From contig CP061211.1 in the NCBI GenBank assembly GCA_026016245.1, forward strand, positions 424,879 through 488,878: a stretch of DNA of 64,000 nt. Direction: 5' to 3'. Positions within the stretch are counted from its first letter, which is position 1. Each line of letters starts with the position of its first letter. The notes below the pieces were generated by a model. The model saw nothing but the letters and a program-made list of their open reading frames with translations. It ran no database searches and was not told where the DNA came from. The translations under genes were made by a program, and so were the position numbers. The stretch comes from Candidatus Pacearchaeota archaeon (GTDB taxonomy: Archaea; Nanobdellota; Nanobdellia; Pacearchaeales; UBA284). Positions 58,980-64,000 of the stretch are shown here, in pieces.

Positions 58980-59397
58980 GAAAATGCCAACTTATGAAGA
59001 AAAACAATAAGAAGTAATAGCTCTCTTGAATTATGCTGGGATAGATTTGATGAATGAAAAAGTTATTCTTGGTTATTGTACATTTTCAGGCAAAGAAATA
59101 ATAAGTGAGGAAAGTAACTGGAAGGGGAGCATCCTGTAGCATATGGATTATATAAATTTGGTGACAAAGATAAACCAAAATATCTTGTTTTATCTGCAGT
59201 ATTAGATAAGAAATATAGTGATGAGGAAGGAGTTTTTATTTTAACTCATGAAATTTTACCAGAAGCACCAGATTTAAAAGAATATAAGATGCCAGATATC
59301 AAAAACAAGGAAGCTTACAATTATGGTGGAAATCATCTGGAAAATTTAATTGATGGCATTATAATAAGAGAACAAGAAAAGGGGATTATTCACTAAG
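58980..59397 (+). pseudogene. degraded or frameshifted ORF (frame break at G4 run 59124-59127)
   Basis: ...IISEESNWKGSIL* in one frame, then GEHPVAYGLYKFGDKDKPKYLVLSAVLD...IIREQEKGIIH* in the adjacent frame. Confidence 0.3.
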
Positions 59398-59548
59398 ATT
59401 TAGATTTTTTCATCTCTTCCATCTTAGCCTTCCCCAGAAATCAGCTGAGGCTCAAATCACCTCTAAACTAGCAAGATTGTGGAATTTTTAAATATTATGG
59501 CTTGTGAACGAGAAAGATTTATAAATAAGGACCAAATTGATATCTAAT

Positions 59549-59554
59549 AGGAGG
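59549..59554 (+). promoter_or_regulatory. Shine-Dalgarno-like AGGAGG before ATG 59564
   Basis: aggagg 9 nt upstream of the ATG. Confidence 0.3.
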
Positions 59555-59563
59555 ATTTTTGAA

Positions 59564-59857
59564 ATGCCATATAGAGATTCTAGAAGAGGCACTGGAAGAG
59601 GAAGGAGCGGCCCCCGTAAATTTGGTGGTCAGAGAAGGTTTGGCGGTCCACGTAGATTTGGGCCACGAGAGATGCACAAAATAACATGTGCTGAATGCGG
59701 AAAAGAAGCAGAAGTTCCTTTCAAACCTTCAGGAGACAGGCCAGTTTATTGCAAAGAGTGTTTTATGAAAAGGAAAGGAATAAAACCTAGAGAAGAAAAA
59801 GAAGAAAAGGAAAAAACTGAAAAGCCAGAAGAAGTCGAAGAAGCCAAAGAAGAATAA
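59564..59857 (+). CDS. zinc-ribbon protein (CxxC-x17-CxxC) with RGG-rich N-terminus
   Basis: ITCAECGKEAEVPFKPSGDRPVYCKECF; N-terminal RRGTGRGRSGPRKFGGQRRFGGPRRFG. Confidence 0.5.
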   Translation: MPYRDSRRGTGRGRSGPRKFGGQRRFGGPRRFGPREMHKITCAECGKEAEVPFKPSGDRPVYCKECFMKRKGIKPREEKEEKEKTEKPEEVEEAKEE

Positions 59858-59906
59858 GTATAAGAATAAATCAAACTATTTCTTATTTTTTATTTTTATT
59901 ATATTT

Positions 59907-60221
59907 TTAATAATTTCTATGAGTTTTAACTACATTCAAGCCTTGCTTTTTAAGCCTAGAAGCAAGATTAATAGGGATAGTCTCTTCATCTAGTGTTATT
60001 GGAATTGGCAAAACATTATAGCCTTTAATAATATAAGAATCACATAAACCATTCTTATTCTGGTCATAACATTCTAGAACATATTGTGCTTTTTCTTCAA
60101 GTGGGCCTTTTGCAGGAATCACTACCCTATTTACTCCAGTACTAGTACATCCTCCTAATATCACTAAAACACCAACAGTTTCAATTATTTCTTTTAATGA
60201 CATTTTAGTTATTTGTAACAA
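59907..60221 (-). CDS. small secreted protein or lipoprotein candidate
   Basis: Hydrophobic N-terminus VGVLVILGGCTSTG (lipobox-like). Confidence 0.35.
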   Translation of the reverse strand: MLQITKMSLKEIIETVGVLVILGGCTSTGVNRVVIPAKGPLEEKAQYVLECYDQNKNGLCDSYIIKGYNVLPIPITLDEETIPINLASRLKKQGLNVVKTHRNY

Positions 60222-60561
60222 TAATAAATTTCCTCAATTTAACAAGCATTTCCAAAGGAATATTTGTTTTTATTGCTTTGTCTCTTAATTCTCTTTCATC
60301 AAGATCAACAAGTCTCTTTCCTAAGCGTGTTTCAGTAAATCCCCCCCTATTTTCCAGCAAAACATCTTCTTTGTCAGTAGAATACAAAACTAGAGCTTTT
60401 TTAGAGCTGACATCTCCCAAAGACCTAGTTTCATGAATACCAATTAGATTTTCCCTATTTATCTTGTCTCTAAGATGGCTTGCAAGATAATGAAAATCAG
60501 TATAACTATTCCATACCTTATCTCCATGCCTTCCTATAACATATTGCTTTTCCATTTCCAT
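60205..60561 (-). CDS. hypothetical protein
   Basis: 118-aa ORF. Confidence 0.35.
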   Translation of the reverse strand: MEMEKQYVIGRHGDKVWNSYTDFHYLASHLRDKINRENLIGIHETRSLGDVSSKKALVLYSTDKEDVLLENRGGFTETRLGKRLVDLDERELRDKAIKTNIPLEMLVKLRKFIIVTNN

Positions 60562-60713
60562 TATAATCTCAATAGCTTTAAATTGATTTTTGTATTATAA
60601 AATATATCTTGCATTATAAAGTGTAAAAATTATTAAGGCTGGGGAATTTAAAAGCAAAAGGTTTTTAAGCGTATATCAATTGATATACATATAAAATTGA
60701 TAAAGGAATTAAA

Positions 60714-61016
60714 ATGCCGTTGCAAATTCAAAGAAAAAATGACTATTGCAAAGAAATATCAAGATTATTCAGATCCCCAACTCTAGAGACTGTATTGATG
60801 GTGGAAAAAACTATAAAGAGGTATAGTGGAGAATTTAATAGAAGAAAAATCTGGCAAAAGCTTCCTAGAAAGGTCATGTGGCAGACATATGTAAAGATAT
60901 TAGATTATTTACAAAGTATAAATAAAATAGCTATTTCTAAGAAAGGCATATTGGTCTATATTTGGAACCCAAAGTTAGCTAAGAAATTCATGAAATTAGG
61001 CAGGAGAAAATTATGA
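60714..61016 (+). CDS. hypothetical protein
   Basis: 100-aa basic ORF. Confidence 0.35.
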   Translation: MPLQIQRKNDYCKEISRLFRSPTLETVLMVEKTIKRYSGEFNRRKIWQKLPRKVMWQTYVKILDYLQSINKIAISKKGILVYIWNPKLAKKFMKLGRRKL

Positions 61017-61138
61017 TAAAGCCATCTAAGGTGATATTTGCAGATGCTAAATTGGAAAAGACCTATTTTCAGTTAAATAATTTAGATATTGATTAAACAA
61101 GCGTAAAAGTTATAATCTCTTTTTTATTCTTCTTAATC

Positions 61139-61501
61139 ATGAAAACATTATCTTTAAAACAGCCATGGGCAGAATTAATATTGCAAGGCAGAAAAAAGAT
61201 AGAAATAAGAAAATGGAACACAAAATTTAGAGATCCTTTTTTGATTCATGCTTCTAAAATTCCTGATGAAAAAGCTATGAAAAAATTCAACTTCAAAACC
61301 CTGCCCTGTGGCTTTATTATAGGAAAAGCAGAGTTAGTAGATATCAAACATTATAAAAATGAGGAAGAATTCAATAAAGACAAACAGCTTCATTTAGCAA
61401 CAAGTGGCTGGGGCAATTATGGTTTTATTTTAAAGAATGTCAAGAGAATCAGACACATCAAATGTAAAGGCTCCCTAGGTTTCTGGGATTTTAAGTTATA
61501 G
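61139..61501 (+). CDS. ASCH domain protein
   Basis: LSLKQPWAELILQGRKKIEIRKW signature. Confidence 0.7.
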   Translation: MKTLSLKQPWAELILQGRKKIEIRKWNTKFRDPFLIHASKIPDEKAMKKFNFKTLPCGFIIGKAELVDIKHYKNEEEFNKDKQLHLATSGWGNYGFILKNVKRIRHIKCKGSLGFWDFKL

Positions 61502-61507
61502 TAAAAC

Positions 61508-63487
61508 TTAAAAATTGTGAGTTCTAAAAACTCTTACATCAGGAGATAAAAGAAAGATATGGTCTTCTCTGCTTCTTAAACCGCGATATATTCTTTGTAA
61601 AAACTCTCTTCTTGCTTTGTCTATATAAAACATATTATAATATTGGGGTTTAGTTCTCTTTAAAATTCTCCAAAAAAGCGAATTAACATTTGGATAAGGA
61701 TATTTAGTCAGAATTATACTATTACATATTTCTCCTGGAAAATCTACCCCCCTATTACATTTTGTGGAAAATAAAATTTCTATTTCTCCTTGCTTGAATT
61801 TTTTAACAGCTTCTCCTACACTATCTTGTTGCTGTAGATATCTAAGTTTTTTCTGAGTCATAATATTCAAATTAAACTCTTTTATTTCTTGTTCAGTTGG
61901 AAGATCTTTAAAAGAATTAACATGAACCAAAACAGGTTTCTTTGCCTTTTCTATACTTTTTGATAATGCCAAAAGATACTGTTTTCTTGTTATTCTTCCT
62001 TTTTGAAAATTTTTATATCTACAATCAATTTCAAATTTTGTTTTTAAAAAGTCGATTTTTCCAGGAGTTTTAGTTTCTGCTTCAATAATCTTGAAATTAT
62101 CCAGACCAAAAATATTTTTTAGAACATCTTTAGAGTGTATTGTGCCTGACATCAATACAATAATCTTATTTTTATCAAGAAGCTCTTTAAACTTTTTCTC
62201 AAGATTTGTTGTTACTAATCTAACAATAAACTCTTTTCCTTTATCTCTGTATGATTCTTCTTTACAAAAAGAAAGATATGTTTCATCAAAAAAATTATCA
62301 AAAGTTTTAGCTACTTCTTCTATATGATAACAATAATTTTCTTCATCACATTCAACACAATTCATAAGATCAGAATCTAAAAAATATTTCAGCAAATCAA
62401 AAATTTCACTATTCTTTATATGAATGATTTTCTCACTCAGAATATATTCCTCAATTTGCTTATCTTTGTCTTTTAAAATTTCATTTGATAGAGCTATTAA
62501 TTTATTAATTATTTTTTGTGTTTTTTCATCTTCTGTAAACAACCCTCCTAAAGCCAAATTAAGTCTATTAAGATTAATTTTCTTAGTATTTGAGAAACTG
62601 TCTAAAAATTCATCACATTCATCTATAATCTCTATTTCTGTGGTTGGCTTTCTGTTCATCAATGTTTCTAATTTATATTTCTGGCTGTTAAAAATTATTA
62701 CATCTGCATCAATATAAGCATTAAACTGGTCATAATAACCACAACCTCGTTTTCTTTGATGAATTGTATAATTTCTATCCATCAAACCAGTATAATTCCT
62801 TTGATTAGCCTTTAAATTAAGTTTTATTTCAGAAGGAACAATAGGACTCCAGTAAGGACATATGGGGGCTATAGACATTCTTCTCACATCATTTATAGAA
62901 ATAAAAGCTGTGTCTATTTTAGGATTCTTTTTTAAATACTCTCTAATTTTCTTGGAATTTTTTTCTTTAATCTCAATTCTACAAGGAAGAAATGGATTAT
63001 CACATAAAATATAGTCCTTTTCCAGGTTATATTTTTCATTTAACTCATTATCTTCATTATTCTTAAAATCATCTCCAAAATCACTTAATTTAGAGTCCTT
63101 TTGCTCTTTTTCCTTCTGCACTAATTTTTGCATCTTTTCTTGTTCTTGTAAATAAGGACATATATGATTAACTCTTCCTGTTATAACTTTGATTTTTAAT
63201 TTTTGGCTATTTTCCTTTAATAGATACTTTTTACTTGTATAATCATCTTCATACTGCTTTTGTAAGGCTTTGGATGGAACAACAATAGAGGTTTTTCCAA
63301 TTTCTTTTGCTAAATTTAAAGCCACTATGCTTTTTCCAGTGCCACAAACTCCTTTAATAAAAATAACTTTATATCCTTCATCAATTGCTTCAAGGACCTC
63401 TTTAACAATATCTTCCTGGCTTTTATTATTAGAAAAAATCAATGGTTTCAATATCTCATTTTTATTATTTTCATATAAACTCCACAT
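61508..63487 (-). CDS. Rad3/XPD-like superfamily 2 helicase with Cys cluster
   Basis: Walker A GVCGTGKS; DExD-like IIDECDEF; Cys in HICPY, CDNPFLPC, ICPYW, RGCGYY. Confidence 0.55.
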   Translation of the reverse strand: MWSLYENNKNEILKPLIFSNNKSQEDIVKEVLEAIDEGYKVIFIKGVCGTGKSIVALNLAKEIGKTSIVVPSKALQKQYEDDYTSKKYLLKENSQKLKIKVITGRVNHICPYLQEQEKMQKLVQKEKEQKDSKLSDFGDDFKNNEDNELNEKYNLEKDYILCDNPFLPCRIEIKEKNSKKIREYLKKNPKIDTAFISINDVRRMSIAPICPYWSPIVPSEIKLNLKANQRNYTGLMDRNYTIHQRKRGCGYYDQFNAYIDADVIIFNSQKYKLETLMNRKPTTEIEIIDECDEFLDSFSNTKKINLNRLNLALGGLFTEDEKTQKIINKLIALSNEILKDKDKQIEEYILSEKIIHIKNSEIFDLLKYFLDSDLMNCVECDEENYCYHIEEVAKTFDNFFDETYLSFCKEESYRDKGKEFIVRLVTTNLEKKFKELLDKNKIIVLMSGTIHSKDVLKNIFGLDNFKIIEAETKTPGKIDFLKTKFEIDCRYKNFQKGRITRKQYLLALSKSIEKAKKPVLVHVNSFKDLPTEQEIKEFNLNIMTQKKLRYLQQQDSVGEAVKKFKQGEIEILFSTKCNRGVDFPGEICNSIILTKYPYPNVNSLFWRILKRTKPQYYNMFYIDKARREFLQRIYRGLRSREDHIFLLSPDVRVFRTHNF

Positions 63488-63620
63488 GATTATATTTAAA
63501 ACAAAAGCCTTTTAAGAATTTGTGTGATGTGGAAAGTGCAAAGGAAAGGGATTACAAATTAGCAAAATCTCAAAATAAAATCAAATTAGAATTAAAAAAA
63601 CTTTTACTTTTCTATTTACT

Positions 63621-63866
63621 TTATTCTTCTTTCTTTTCTTCCTTTTTACCTTTTAGCTTTTCAACTTCTTCTGCTTTAGGGCCTTTATCTCCCTCAACAG
63701 CTTTAAAAGAAACCCTATCGCCTTCATCAATTTCAACACCTTCCTTTAATCCGTCTCCATGGACAAAGTAAGATTTTCCATCATCTCCATTGATAAAACC
63801 ATAGTTTCTTGTTCTGTTAAAAAACTTTACTGTTCCTTCAACCATCCCAAAATCAAGAATTTTCAT
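63621..63866 (-). CDS. cold-shock protein (CspA-family cold-shock domain) with K/E-rich tail
   Basis: GTVKFFNRTRNYGFINGDDGKSYFVHGDGL...VSFKAVEGDKGPKAEEV. Confidence 0.85.
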   Translation of the reverse strand: MKILDFGMVEGTVKFFNRTRNYGFINGDDGKSYFVHGDGLKEGVEIDEGDRVSFKAVEGDKGPKAEEVEKLKGKKEEKKEE

Positions 63867-64000
63867 CTTTTAAATGTTTAGTTTGACAGAAAGCGTAAGA
63901 ATTATAAATCCCAAATTCCCTTACAAAACTGAGGTGGTGGCGCCTCAGAGCCTAATTCTGAGAGAGATTATAATGGCAAAGAAATTAATAGATATGAAAA

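Overview
AT-rich archaeal chromosomal segment; gene content and order point to a small-genome archaeon, possibly DPANN-like (inference). All calls rest on reading the supplied six-frame translations and the nucleotide sequence; no database search was run, so product names are family-level recognitions from motifs and conserved gene order. Two ribosomal/RNA-polymerase superoperons dominate: a plus-strand block L3-L4-L23-L2-S19-L22-S3-L29-SUI1-Rpp29-S17-L14-L24-S4e-L5-S14-S8-L6-L32e-L19e-L18-S5-L30-L15-SecY (12.6-25.9 kb) and a minus-strand block L21e-RpoF-DUF655-S13-S4-S11-RpoD-L18e-L13-S9-RpoN (47.7-52.7 kb). Also present: six tRNA genes (one with an intron, one with an apparent A34 anticodon), a 5S rRNA, RNase P subunits Rpp29 and Rpr2, prefoldin alpha and beta, SepF, SecDF, and an AglB-centred N-glycosylation locus (27.7-41.4 kb). 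The most promising candidate for an undescribed system is the divergently arranged island at 53.8-56.9 kb (P-loop ATPase + HEPN-motif protein opposite a Fic protein + Cas4-like nuclease). Other notable items: a standalone AlaRS-like catalytic core, a Dph2-like gene lacking its first domain, a 606-aa nucleotidyltransferase inside the ribosomal neighbourhood, a 68-nt near-identical module shared by the L22 and L32e tails, a 3'-end repeat shared by two unrelated genes, and four apparent gene-disrupting lesions (three frameshifts, one in-frame TAG) that need read-level verification.
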